Source: Bacteroidia bacterium | GTDB lineage: Bacteria; Bacteroidota; Bacteroidia; Bacteroidales; GWA2-32-17 | DNA: 64,000 nt | Assembly: GCA_016218155.1 (NCBI GenBank) | Contig: JACREQ010000032.1 | Location: 195,506 to 259,505, forward strand | Direction: 5' to 3' | Shown here: in pieces, positions 1-9,742 of the stretch | How the letters are laid out: each line of letters opens with the position of its first letter | Position numbering within the stretch: the stretch's first letter is position 1 | The notes under the pieces: generated by a model | What the model was told of the DNA's origin: nothing | Seen by the model: only the letters and a program-made list of their open reading frames with translations | The model's database searches: none | Translations under genes and position numbers: made by a program

Positions 1-1
1 T

Positions 2-2065
2 GAAAAACAGAATAATTTAAAATATCCATTATCAAAGAAGGTTGATACAGTTGATAATTATTTTGGTACTAAAGTTCCCGATCCTTATAGATGGCTTGAG
101 AATGATACAGCTGCAGATGTAGCAGAATGGGTTAAAGCCGAAAATAAAGTGACTTTTGATTATCTGAACCAAATTCCTTTCCGCGAAAAAATGAAAGAAA
201 GGTTAACTGCTGTTTGGAATTTCCCAAAGCAATCGGCTCCATTTAAAAAAGGGGATAAGTTTTTTTGTTACAAAAACAATGGATTGCAGAACCAGAGTAT
301 TCTTTATATAATGAATTCATTAACTGATAGTGCACGTGTACTGCTTGATCCAAATACACTGTCTGATGATGGTACTGTTTCACTCGCTTCAATGGATATT
401 TCGCCTGATGGAAAACTTCTTGCATATGCAATTGCACGTGGCGGTTCTGATTGGAACGAAATTTATTTCTTAAATATTGAAACCGGAAAATTACTAGACG
501 ATCATTTAAATTGGGTAAAATTTTCAGGTATAGGTTGGTTTAATGATGGAATTTATTATAGCGGTTATACGCCGCCGGCAAAGGGTAAAGAACTTTCGCA
601 GAAAAACGAATACCATAAATTATACTACCATAAGTTGGGAACTGAACAAATTGCAGATAAAATCATTATCGAAAACAAAAAAGAACCTTTAAGAAATTTT
701 TATGCTTCTGTTACGGATGATCAGAAATATTTGATTATTAGTGAAGAAAATGCAGGTTCGATGGGAAATGCATTACATGTGTATGATTTGTTAAAACCAA
801 ATTCTAAAATAATAACAATCGTTCCCGGTTTTGATAGTGAGTTTGGAGTAGTGGATAATATTGATTCAGAATTGTATATCCGCACAAATCTTAATGCGAA
901 AAAATATAAACTAATTAAAGTTAATGTTAACGAACCTGATATAAATAAAGCAGTTGAAATTCTTCCTGAAACAAATGATGTGCTTTCAAATGTGTCTTTC
1001 TGCGGAAATACAATAATTGCTAATTATATGAAAGATGCACATTCAGAAATTAAAATTTATGAATATTCTGGTAAGTTTTTAAATAACCTTAATTTGCCTG
1101 CTTTGGGAACTGTAAATTCTTTTAATTCAGGGAAAAAAGATGCTGAAGCTTTTTATGATTTTACTTCTTATAATTATCCTACAACAGTTTTTCAATATGA
1201 TTATAAAACCGGAGTAAGTAAAGAGTTTTTTAAACCGGCTATTGATTTTGATGGAAGTGTTTATGAAGTAAAGCAGGTATTCTATGAAAGTAAAGACAAA
1301 ACAAAAATTTCAATGTTTATTGTTTCTAAGAAAGGAATTAAACTTGATGGAAATAATCCAACCTTATTATATGGTTATGGTGGTTTTAATATTAGTTTAA
1401 CACCTGGATTTAGCACAGGCAGAATTTTGTGGTTAGAAAATGGTGGAGTATATGCGGTAGCAAACCTTAGAGGTGGTGGAGAGTATGGAGAAGAATGGCA
1501 TCTTGCAGGAACCAAACTTAAAAAACAAAATGTTTTTGACGATTTTATTGCTGCTGCTGAGTATTTAATTAAGGAGAATTATACTTCTCCTGATTATCTT
1601 GCTATACAAGGTGGTTCTAATGGAGGATTATTAGTTGGAGCTGTTGCTAATCAACGTCCTGATCTTTTTAAAGTAGCATTACCTGCGGTTGGAGTTATGG
1701 ATATGCTACGTTATCATAAATTTACAATTGGGTGGAGTTGGGTTACAGATTATGGAAACAGTGATAATAAAGAAGAATTTGAATATATTTATAAATATTC
1801 TCCTATTCACAACATAAAAGAAAATGTTGAATATCCTGCAATAATGGTAACTACAGCGGATCATGACGACAGAGTTGTTCCTGCACATTCATTTAAATAT
1901 ATAGCAACACTTCAGGAAAAATACAAGGGCTCAAATCCGGTATTAATCAGAATTGAAACCAGTGCCGGTCATGGAGCAGGCAAGCCAACATCAAAACAAA
2001 TTGATGAGGCTGTGGATATTTATTCTTTTATCTTTAAAAACATGGGAATAACTCCTAAGTATTAA
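2..2065 (+). CDS. Prolyl oligopeptidase (S9A prolyl endopeptidase), 5' end truncated by the window edge
   Basis: The frame is open from nt 2. Upstream of the track's Met149 it reads ...YPLSKKVDTVDNYFGTKVPDPYRWLENDTAADVAEWVKAENKVT..., the canonical POP N-terminus, so 149 is not the true start. C-terminal hydrolase triad motifs are GGSNGGLL (Ser), ADHDDRV (Asp) and SAGHGAG (His). Confidence 0.9.
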   Translation, partial: EKQNNLKYPLSKKVDTVDNYFGTKVPDPYRWLENDTAADVAEWVKAENKVTFDYLNQIPFREKMKERLTAVWNFPKQSAPFKKGDKFFCYKNNGLQNQSILYIMNSLTDSARVLLDPNTLSDDGTVSLASMDISPDGKLLAYAIARGGSDWNEIYFLNIETGKLLDDHLNWVKFSGIGWFNDGIYYSGYTPPAKGKELSQKNEYHKLYYHKLGTEQIADKIIIENKKEPLRNFYASVTDDQKYLIISEENAGSMGNALHVYDLLKPNSKIITIVPGFDSEFGVVDNIDSELYIRTNLNAKKYKLIKVNVNEPDINKAVEILPETNDVLSNVSFCGNTIIANYMKDAHSEIKIYEYSGKFLNNLNLPALGTVNSFNSGKKDAEAFYDFTSYNYPTTVFQYDYKTGVSKEFFKPAIDFDGSVYEVKQVFYESKDKTKISMFIVSKKGIKLDGNNPTLLYGYGGFNISLTPGFSTGRILWLENGGVYAVANLRGGGEYGEEWHLAGTKLKKQNVFDDFIAAAEYLIKENYTSPDYLAIQGGSNGGLLVGAVANQRPDLFKVALPAVGVMDMLRYHKFTIGWSWVTDYGNSDNKEEFEYIYKYSPIHNIKENVEYPAIMVTTADHDDRVVPAHSFKYIATLQEKYKGSNPVLIRIETSAGHGAGKPTSKQIDEAVDIYSFIFKNMGITPKY

Positions 2066-2068
2066 AAA

Positions 2069-2132
2069 AGTACTTTAAGTGCCTTGAGTGCCTAAAGTAC
2101 TTAAAGTGCATAAAGTGTCTAAAGTTGCAAGG
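2069..2132. repeat. Intergenic 9-nt phased tandem repeat (GTRYNTAAA, 6-7 units) beginning with a 33-bp AGTACT-N21-AGTACT inverted-end element
   Basis: Read directly from the sequence: gtactttaa/gtgccttga/gtgcctaaa/gtacttaaa/gtgcataaa/gtgtctaaa/gttgcaagg from 2070. AGTACT occurs at 2069-2074 and 2096-2101. agtacttta (2069-2077) is the reverse complement of taaagtact (2093-2101). Confidence 0.8.
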
Positions 2133-2133
2133 A

Positions 2134-2772
2134 ATGTCTAAATTAAGATTTATTGTTATTGAGGGTAATATAGGTGTAGGAAAAACAACCTTATCAAAAA
2201 AAATTGCTGCCGATTATAATGCTAAACTTATTTTGGAACGTTTTGCCGAAAACCCTTTTCTTCCTAAGTTTTATGAAAATCAAGAAAGGTATGCTTTTCC
2301 GGTTGAACTTTCTTTTCTGGCAGACAGATACCATCAGTTAAAAGATGAACTTGCTAATCCTGATTTATTTCAGCCAATTACAATTGCTGATTATTACTTT
2401 ATGAAATCATTAATTTTCAGTAAGCAAACTTTGTCTGATGATGAATATAATCTTTATCGTCAGTTATTTGATATAATTCATAAATCGTTGCCTAAACCAG
2501 ATCTTTTTGTCTATTTAAGTATGTCAACCGAAAGACTTCTATATCAAATAAATTTAAGGGGTCGGGAATATGAGCAAAGTATTACAGCTGAGTATCTTGA
2601 AAAAATTCATGGTAGCTATTTGGAATTTATAAAGCATCAATCGCAACTTACCACTTTAATAATTGATGCCAATAATTTAAATTTTGTGAACAATCCCGAA
2701 CATTATCAAAAAATCACTAAAGCTATATTCAATACCGAATACGAGCAGGGATCAACAACAATAATTCATTAA
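2134..2772 (+). CDS. Deoxynucleoside kinase (dAK/dGK/dCK family)
   Basis: P-loop IVIEGNIGVGKTTL, then ERFAENPFLPKFY and the typical dNK length. The track start at 2125 is TTG, so I prefer ATG 2134 (MSKLRF...). Confidence 0.8.
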   Translation: MSKLRFIVIEGNIGVGKTTLSKKIAADYNAKLILERFAENPFLPKFYENQERYAFPVELSFLADRYHQLKDELANPDLFQPITIADYYFMKSLIFSKQTLSDDEYNLYRQLFDIIHKSLPKPDLFVYLSMSTERLLYQINLRGREYEQSITAEYLEKIHGSYLEFIKHQSQLTTLIIDANNLNFVNNPEHYQKITKAIFNTEYEQGSTTIIH

Positions 2773-2819
2773 TTAATAACAGATGTTAAAAAAACTGTTT
2801 TTTATTTACAAAACATTTA

Positions 2820-2827
2820 TAATTTTG
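2820..2827 (+). promoter_or_regulatory. Candidate Bacteroidota -7 promoter box (TAATTTTG)
   Basis: Matches the TAnnTTTG consensus described for Bacteroidetes sigma-A-type promoters. It lies 52 nt upstream of ATG 2879. Confidence 0.3.
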
Positions 2828-2878
2828 TACCTTTAAATTCATATAATTGAAATAAAACAATTAAACTATCAGATATTT

Positions 2879-4603
2879 ATGAAAAGAAGCAGTTTCATTT
2901 ATCTTGCATCCATTATGGTAGTAGCTTTTGCCTTAAGCAGCTGCACCGGATTAAAAAAGATGAAAAAAACCCAGGGAGTAATTACATACACCCTAAGTCC
3001 TAATCCAACAGAAATGCACGCTGACAGCGTAGTAATAAATGTTTCAGGAAAATTCCCTGAAAAATATTACAAGAAAAAAGTTACCTGTGAAATTACCCCG
3101 GTTCTTAAATCTGCTGGTGGAAATGAAATTGCTTTAAAAACAATAAAAGTTCAGGGTGAAAAAGTACAGGATAATAATTCTGTAATTAATATGCTTGCAG
3201 GTGGAAGTTTTACATACACAGATAAAGTTGCTTATACACAAGATATGCGTATGTGCGATGTGAATGTAAAAATTCATGCAGTTGTTAAGAAAAAATTTGT
3301 TGATTTTGATCCAGTAACTATTGGAAAAGGAACTATTGCAACTCCTGGATTATTAGAAAAAGATTCAAAAGCAATTCTTGGAAAAGACAAATTTGTTCGC
3401 ATTATACCAGAAACAAGAGAAGCTAATATTTTGTATGTAATTAACCAGTCAAACGTACGTCCTGGTGAAATGTCAAAAGACGAAATGAAAGCTTTGAAAA
3501 AATATTTGGCAAATGCTCAAACTAACCCAAGGAAAGACATTAAAGGTGTAAACGTTTCTTCATATTCTTCACCAGACGGAACAGAAGAATTAAATGCTAA
3601 ACTTTCTACAAATCGTGGTACAAGTGGAACAACTGCTATTAAAGGTGAATTTAAGAAATACGAAAAAGCAAAAACTCAGGGTTTCTTTAACGAGAAAGCT
3701 ACAGCTGAAGACTGGGATGGTTTCCAGAAGCTAATGGGTGAATCTGATATCGCTGATAAAGATCTTATTATTCGCGTACTTTCTATGTATTCAGATCCAA
3801 TTCAACGTGAAAAAGAAATTAAAAATATTAGCAAAGCATATACACAAGTTGCTGATAAAGTTTTACCAAAATTAAGAAGATCAGTTTTAACTGTTAATGT
3901 TGATAGTATTGGTCGTTCAGACAGAGAATTAGATTCAACATTCAATGCTAATCCTTCAATTCTTTCATTAGAAGAGTTGCTTTTTACTGCAACTTTAACT
4001 AAAGACCTTAACCGTCAGTTATCGATTTATCAAACAACTGCTTCACAAAATCCTAACGATTGGAGAGGTTTTAATAATGCTGGTATGGTTCTTTTACAAC
4101 AAGATAAAAATGCTGATGCAAAAGCACAATTTGAAAAAGCAAAATCTTTAGATGCAGGTAACACTATTATTTTAAATAACCTTGGAGCATGTGCATTACG
4201 TGAAGGTGATTTTGTTAAAGCTGAAGAATATTTTAAATCTGCAGGTGGTGCTGGTTCAGAAGTTAATTACAACTTAGGTATCTGTGCTATTAAAAAAGCT
4301 GATTATAATGGTGCTGTAACATATTTTGGTTCATACTGTACATTTAACGCTGCTTTAGCAAAATTATTAGCTGCTAACCCAGATGCTGCTTCAAAAGCTA
4401 TTGATTGTGCTGAAGATAAAGACCGCGATATGATGTATTATTTAAAAGCTGTTATTGGTGCTCGTCAGGCTAACACAGATTTAATGTATAACAGTTTACG
4501 TGCTGCAATCAGCAAAAATGCTAAACTTGCTAACGATGCAAAAACTGATATGGAGTTTGCAAAATATTTTAATGATGATACTTTCAAATCAGTTGTAAAA
4601 TAA
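2879..4603 (+). CDS. Lipoprotein with C-terminal TPR repeats and a degenerate OmpA-like motif
   Basis: Signal peptide plus lipobox (...FALSSC). An internal stretch SYSSPDGTEELNAKLSTNRG resembles the OmpA_C peptidoglycan-binding motif. The C-terminal third has TPR-like repeats (NNAGMVLLQQDKNADAKAQFEKA..., NNLGACALREGDFVKAEEYFK...). Confidence 0.5.
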   Translation: MKRSSFIYLASIMVVAFALSSCTGLKKMKKTQGVITYTLSPNPTEMHADSVVINVSGKFPEKYYKKKVTCEITPVLKSAGGNEIALKTIKVQGEKVQDNNSVINMLAGGSFTYTDKVAYTQDMRMCDVNVKIHAVVKKKFVDFDPVTIGKGTIATPGLLEKDSKAILGKDKFVRIIPETREANILYVINQSNVRPGEMSKDEMKALKKYLANAQTNPRKDIKGVNVSSYSSPDGTEELNAKLSTNRGTSGTTAIKGEFKKYEKAKTQGFFNEKATAEDWDGFQKLMGESDIADKDLIIRVLSMYSDPIQREKEIKNISKAYTQVADKVLPKLRRSVLTVNVDSIGRSDRELDSTFNANPSILSLEELLFTATLTKDLNRQLSIYQTTASQNPNDWRGFNNAGMVLLQQDKNADAKAQFEKAKSLDAGNTIILNNLGACALREGDFVKAEEYFKSAGGAGSEVNYNLGICAIKKADYNGAVTYFGSYCTFNAALAKLLAANPDAASKAIDCAEDKDRDMMYYLKAVIGARQANTDLMYNSLRAAISKNAKLANDAKTDMEFAKYFNDDTFKSVVK

Positions 4604-4624
4604 TTAACTGAAATAAATGATATT

Positions 4625-4656
4625 AAAAAGCTGCCTTAAATTAAGGCAGCTTTTTT
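4625..4656 (+). terminator. Rho-independent terminator
   Basis: The stem gctgcctt (4630-4637) pairs with aaggcagc (4643-4650). It is flanked by an A-run and followed by tttttt. Confidence 0.75.
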
Positions 4657-4704
4657 GTTATAATTTAATTTTTAACTGACTTTAGTTATCTTTGGTAAAT
4701 TATT

Positions 4705-7218
4705 ATGATAAGATCTATTAAAACATTCTCAATTGCAATTATTGCAATATTCAGCTTGCAATCTACCAATGCTCAAATAACTAAACTTATGGGGCATGTA
4801 AGCGATGCAAAGACAAAAGAAGCTTTACCATTTGTGAGCATATCATTTAAAGGTACAAAAACAGGTGCAATTACTGATTTTAATGGAAATTATAAATTAG
4901 AGACTACTTTACCTGTTGATTCAGTAGTAGCTTCGTATATTGGTTACAAAAGAAATGCAAAAAAAGTAATTAGAAATAAATTTCAAACCTTGAATTTTGA
5001 ACTAACGCCTTCATCATTAGAATTAGAGGAAGTTGTTGTAGCTGTTAAGAAACGTTCAAGAACTAGAGATGAACAAGCATTAATGCTATTAGATAAAATA
5101 TTAGAATATAAGGATAAGAATAATACAGAAAAACTTGATTATTACGAGTATGAAACATATAATAAAATTGAATTCGATTTAAATAATATTACAGAAGAGT
5201 TTAAAAATAAAAGAGTTTTAAAACCCTTTAAATTTGTTTTTCAATATATTGATACTTCTACAGTAAACGGTAAGCCGTATTTACCTGTGTTTATAATTGA
5301 ATCAGTTGCAAATTATTGTTTCAGAAAGCAACCTAAAGCCGAACGTGAATTTATAAAAGCATCACATGCCTCTGGTATTCAAAACCAGAGTATAAATCAG
5401 CTAATGGGAAATATGTTTATTAAAATGAATTTGTATGATAACTATATAGATTTATTTGGAAAAGGATTTATTAGCCCAGTTGCCGGAATAGGCAGAGTTT
5501 ATTATAAATATTTTTTAGTTGATAGCGGTTTTATAGATAATAACTGGTGTTACCACATGGTTTTTCACCCAAGAATTAAAGAAGAGAATGTATTTAATGG
5601 CGACTTTTGGATAGCTGATACAAGTTTTGCAATTAAAAAAATTGAAATTAAAATAGACAAATCGGTAAATATAAACTTTATCAATAGTGTTAATATAACT
5701 CAGGAATTTAATCATATTGATACTACAGTTTGGATGTTAGATAAAGAAAGTTTGGTAATCGATTTTAATTTATTTGAAAACCCAAATAGTGCAATGGGAT
5801 TTTTTGGACGAAAAACAACAACGTTCAGAGATCATAAAATAAATTTTGCTCGTGATGATGCTTTTTATGCAACAACAACTGACATATTAGTTGATCCGGA
5901 TGCAGGGAAGAAAGATACTGCATATTGGAATGAAGCCAGACATGATGAGCTTACACAAAAGGAAAAGGATATTTTCAGGATGGTAGATACCATTAAAACT
6001 ATTGGTGCATTCAGAACATACTATGATATTTTAAATGCTTTTGTTACTTATTACTATGTATGGGGAAAATTTGAATTAGGACCTTATTTTACTACATATA
6101 GTTTTAACAATATAGAAGGAAATCGTTTTAGGTTTGGACTTAGAACAAGTAATGCCATGAGTAAAAAATTTATGGTTGAAACTTATGCAGCTTACGGAAC
6201 AAAGGATGAGAGATTTAAATACGGAGGGAAATTTATTTACATGTTTGATAAAAACCCTCGGCGCGGAGTAACGTTAGCATACAAACACGATTTGGAGCAA
6301 TTAGGGCAATCGGTAAATGCATTTAAAGAAGATAACATTCTTGCGTCGGCATTAAGAAGAGGTTCAAGTGATAAATTATCAATGGTGCAAGAGTATAAAG
6401 CTAATTACGAACATGAGTGGTTTCAAGGATTTTCTAATAACTTAATTTTTAAACACCGCGAAATGTCACCAATGCCGGGTATTGCATTTGATATTAAAAG
6501 CGGAAATGAAATTATTAATGAAAAAATTCTATATACTTCTGATTTAATCTTAAATACCCGCTTTGCATATAATGAGAAATTTGTTATGGGCGAGTTTGAC
6601 AGAATTAGTCTGGGTACGAAATATCCTGTGCTTAATGTTAATTATTCTTATGGATTGGATGGGGTGTGGGATAACACTTTCCCATATCACAAACTCATTC
6701 TTACGGTTGACCATTGGTTTAATATTTATCCTTTCGGGTATTCTAAATATGTGTTGGAAGGCGGTAAAATATGGGGAACTTTGCCTTATCCGCTTTTAAA
6801 AATGCACGAAGGAAACCAGACTTATTTTTATGATGAGTATTCATTTAATTTAATGAATTATTATGAATTTGTAAGCGACCAATGGTTGAGTCTAACATGG
6901 ACTCATTATTTTGACGGGTTATTTTTAAATAAATTTCCTTTGTTACGAAAACTAAAATGGCGCGAAGTTGTTTGGGGAAAAGGATTAATAGGCAGCTTAG
7001 AAAGAAAAAATCTTGATGTTATGGTTTTCCCTGAGGGTTTAGGAACTTTAGATGGCAAACAAGATCTTAATCACTTAAAGCCTTATGTAGAAGGTGGAAT
7101 AGGTATTGAGAATATATTTAAAATATTGCGTGTTGATGGGGTATGGAGGTTTTCATATTTAGATAACCCAAATATTGCGAAGTGGGGGATAAGAGTGAGT
7201 ATGCAATTTAAGTTCTAA
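4705..7218 (+). CDS. CarboxypepD_reg-like domain / DUF5686-type outer-membrane-associated protein
   Basis: Signal peptide, then an N-terminal GHVSDAKTKEALPFVSISFKGTKTGAITDFNGNYKLE carboxypeptidase-regulatory-like fold. The ~830-aa length and aromatic-rich C-terminal body ending ...SMQFKF are typical of DUF5686 proteins. Confidence 0.55.
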   Translation: MIRSIKTFSIAIIAIFSLQSTNAQITKLMGHVSDAKTKEALPFVSISFKGTKTGAITDFNGNYKLETTLPVDSVVASYIGYKRNAKKVIRNKFQTLNFELTPSSLELEEVVVAVKKRSRTRDEQALMLLDKILEYKDKNNTEKLDYYEYETYNKIEFDLNNITEEFKNKRVLKPFKFVFQYIDTSTVNGKPYLPVFIIESVANYCFRKQPKAEREFIKASHASGIQNQSINQLMGNMFIKMNLYDNYIDLFGKGFISPVAGIGRVYYKYFLVDSGFIDNNWCYHMVFHPRIKEENVFNGDFWIADTSFAIKKIEIKIDKSVNINFINSVNITQEFNHIDTTVWMLDKESLVIDFNLFENPNSAMGFFGRKTTTFRDHKINFARDDAFYATTTDILVDPDAGKKDTAYWNEARHDELTQKEKDIFRMVDTIKTIGAFRTYYDILNAFVTYYYVWGKFELGPYFTTYSFNNIEGNRFRFGLRTSNAMSKKFMVETYAAYGTKDERFKYGGKFIYMFDKNPRRGVTLAYKHDLEQLGQSVNAFKEDNILASALRRGSSDKLSMVQEYKANYEHEWFQGFSNNLIFKHREMSPMPGIAFDIKSGNEIINEKILYTSDLILNTRFAYNEKFVMGEFDRISLGTKYPVLNVNYSYGLDGVWDNTFPYHKLILTVDHWFNIYPFGYSKYVLEGGKIWGTLPYPLLKMHEGNQTYFYDEYSFNLMNYYEFVSDQWLSLTWTHYFDGLFLNKFPLLRKLKWREVVWGKGLIGSLERKNLDVMVFPEGLGTLDGKQDLNHLKPYVEGGIGIENIFKILRVDGVWRFSYLDNPNIAKWGIRVSMQFKF

Positions 7219-7225
7219 TCTGTAT

Positions 7226-8203
7226 CTACTTTTTAGCAACTTTTAATAATTCATTTGTGTAGGTCAGCCAGATTCTTTGACCAAAGCTGTTCCAATGAGA
7301 ATCGTTACAGTAAAAAACAGGATTTGTTTGTTTCTTTAATATGTGGTATGCATTAATAAACGGAACTTTTAATTTCGGATTATTCTGAATCTTTTCTATA
7401 ATGTTATTATATGGTAGTTCCGATTGTTTATATATACTTGCCGAGTTCGGAATAATTGAGAAATATATTCTATCAAAACCCATTTTTCTTGCATCGTTTT
7501 GTAGTATGTTAATATTTTCAACAAGTTCGCTTACTTCAAAGTCGCCGACAGGATAATAACATGATGAGCTTAATTCCGGATTAACAGTTTCATCTAAATA
7601 TAATCTTCCGCTTCCATCTGGTTTGGCAACTCTTACGTCAAATCTGTCAAAGCATTTTAAGTACATATATGCTTTTAATTCTTTTAATGGCATTATAAAA
7701 TCTTTATTTGTAATAAGTGCTTGTAAATTATCTTCGGCACTTAATTTAATTTCAGTAATGTCTTCTTTCTTGCTATTTGTTACTCCAATAAAAATTGGAT
7801 TTTTTATTTTAAATCTAAAACGGCAATATCTTTCGGTTGTTTCAATTATTAATACATTGATTTTTGATTTATCAAGTTCAGGTATTGTGTCGGGTGCATT
7901 ATCCCAGTGAACAAACTGAAATTGTTTGGCGCAAAAGCTTGAAGAGTCATATGTTCTCATGTAGCTATCGCCAAGTATGGTAAGTGCAACATTTGTTTTT
8001 GTAGTATCATCGGTAACTATGTTATGTTTATATAGGGGTATTTGATAACCGGGCATACTTGAAAATAAATACAAGTCACCATATGGATATGAAGGGAGGT
8101 AAGAGCATAATTTTGTAAACCATTGTGAATTGCTCGATATAGTAATAATACAAATTATAAAACATCCCAAAAGAAAACTTAATATTTTAATCAATAGTTT
8201 CAT
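7226..8203 (-). CDS. Membrane-anchored SGNH-like partner of MBOAT (AlgJ/AlgX/DHHW-type O-acetyl transfer protein)
   Basis: N-terminal TM anchor, a GDS block (TILGDSYM) and a C-terminal NDSHWN motif (D-x-H-W type). Its ATG overlaps the MBOAT stop codon (TAATG on the minus strand at 8201-8205). Confidence 0.5.
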   Translation of the reverse strand: MKLLIKILSFLLGCFIICIITISSNSQWFTKLCSYLPSYPYGDLYLFSSMPGYQIPLYKHNIVTDDTTKTNVALTILGDSYMRTYDSSSFCAKQFQFVHWDNAPDTIPELDKSKINVLIIETTERYCRFRFKIKNPIFIGVTNSKKEDITEIKLSAEDNLQALITNKDFIMPLKELKAYMYLKCFDRFDVRVAKPDGSGRLYLDETVNPELSSSCYYPVGDFEVSELVENINILQNDARKMGFDRIYFSIIPNSASIYKQSELPYNNIIEKIQNNPKLKVPFINAYHILKKQTNPVFYCNDSHWNSFGQRIWLTYTNELLKVAKK

Positions 8204-9588
8204 TAAAACTGGAAATAAATAAATTGTTTAAAATAAAATTCTCCAAACAAATAACACAACAAAAATATACTGAAAGTTGTTAATATTAACATGCTTTTTC
8301 TTCTGATAAAATATCTTTTAATATATTTTTCTGTAATTAAAAGAATAATAATTAATAGGAATGCGAATATTAGTTCAATGTTGTTAAAAACCTTTGGTAA
8401 GCTTTCACTAAAGTCGAAATTTAATAAATGATTAAATGCAATAAATACATCATCTAATTCTTTAATTCTGAAAAATAGCCAAGCAAAACATGCAAAACTA
8501 AAAGTGAATAGTAGTTTTATTACAGTTGGAATTTTGAATTTGAAATTTATTTTTGCCAACAATTTCTCAATAATAATCATGCTTCCGTGTAATAATCCCC
8601 AAATAATAAAATTCCAGCTGGCTCCATGCCACAGTCCGCTAAGTGCAAAGACAATGAAAATATTTAGCATCCATCTGGCATATGATGTTCTGTTCCCGCC
8701 TAAAGGAATGTATAAATAATCTCTGAACCAAGTTGACAATGAAATATGCCAACGTGACCAGAATTCATTAATTGATTTAGATGTATAAGGGTTTTTAAAA
8801 TTTTCAATTAGAGATATGCCCATCATATTAGAAAGCCCAATTGCAATGTCTGTGTATCCTGAGAAGTCGCAATAAATCTCAAAAGCGAAAAATATTGTTG
8901 CAACTAAAACCGATATTCCGTTTGAGCTTGATAAATCATTAAAAACAGGATCTGTAAACATTGCAAGTCTGTCTGCAATAACAACTTTTTTAAATAAGCC
9001 TAAAGATATTCTAAATAGACCTTTTGTAATATTATCATAATTGAAGGCTATCCTGGTTTTAAACTGATGAATTAAGTTTTGAGGTCGTTCAATTGGTCCG
9101 GCAACTAATTGTGGAAAGTAAAGTACATATAAGGCATAAGTAAAAATATTTCTTTCAGCAGGTTGTTTTCCCCTATATACCTCAATCGTATAGCTCATTG
9201 CCTGAAAAGTATGAAAGGATAAACCAATTGGTAATATAATTTCTAAAGCAGGAATTGGGTTTTGTGTGTCGAATAAGTTTAATAAGATCGAAATATTTTC
9301 ATTTAAGAAGTTGTAATATTTATAAAAAACAAGAATACCTATATTTGAGACTAAGCTGAGAATTAGCCATATTAGCTTGTTTTTCTTACTGTGTTCAATT
9401 TTTTTGCCTGCAAAAAAATCAATTAATATTACAGCTAAAAGTATAAGTAAATATACAGGTTTAAAGACCATGTAAAAATAGCAACTTGCTATTAATAACC
9501 AGTATTTACGTGTGTTTGCGGGTATGCTAAAAAGAATAAAGAAGAATGCAAGAAAAAATAATATAAATTGAAGTGAATTAAAAAGCAT
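8203..9588 (-). CDS. MBOAT family O-acyltransferase (AlgI/DltB-like)
   Basis: Polytopic membrane protein carrying the conserved MBOAT His motifs (FWSRWHISLSTWFRDYLYIPLGGNR and LSGLWHGASWNF). Confidence 0.85.
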   Translation of the reverse strand: MLFNSLQFILFFLAFFFILFSIPANTRKYWLLIASCYFYMVFKPVYLLILLAVILIDFFAGKKIEHSKKNKLIWLILSLVSNIGILVFYKYYNFLNENISILLNLFDTQNPIPALEIILPIGLSFHTFQAMSYTIEVYRGKQPAERNIFTYALYVLYFPQLVAGPIERPQNLIHQFKTRIAFNYDNITKGLFRISLGLFKKVVIADRLAMFTDPVFNDLSSSNGISVLVATIFFAFEIYCDFSGYTDIAIGLSNMMGISLIENFKNPYTSKSINEFWSRWHISLSTWFRDYLYIPLGGNRTSYARWMLNIFIVFALSGLWHGASWNFIIWGLLHGSMIIIEKLLAKINFKFKIPTVIKLLFTFSFACFAWLFFRIKELDDVFIAFNHLLNFDFSESLPKVFNNIELIFAFLLIIILLITEKYIKRYFIRRKSMLILTTFSIFLLCYLFGEFYFKQFIYFQF

Positions 9589-9742
9589 ATTGTTACAGAA
9601 GGTGAGTTTATCACCGTATAAACATTAATTGAACTTAGTTTCAGTTCAAAAATATATAAAAAGTTTGGATTGTAATAAATTGACAGAAAATTTATAGTCT
9701 ATTATTTTCTGTTTTATTTAATATTTAGTAATGAAAACTGAA

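Noticed and set aside
2069-2132. The 9-mer array could be a DnaA-box cluster or replication origin. On the reverse strand TTATGCACT resembles TTWTNCACA at 8/9 positions.
   Set aside because: Only one unit comes that close and the others match 6-7/9. The units are directly abutting rather than spaced. The region is just 68 nt between two co-directional genes, with no adjacent AT-rich unwinding element or dnaA. I keep it as a repeat of unknown function.
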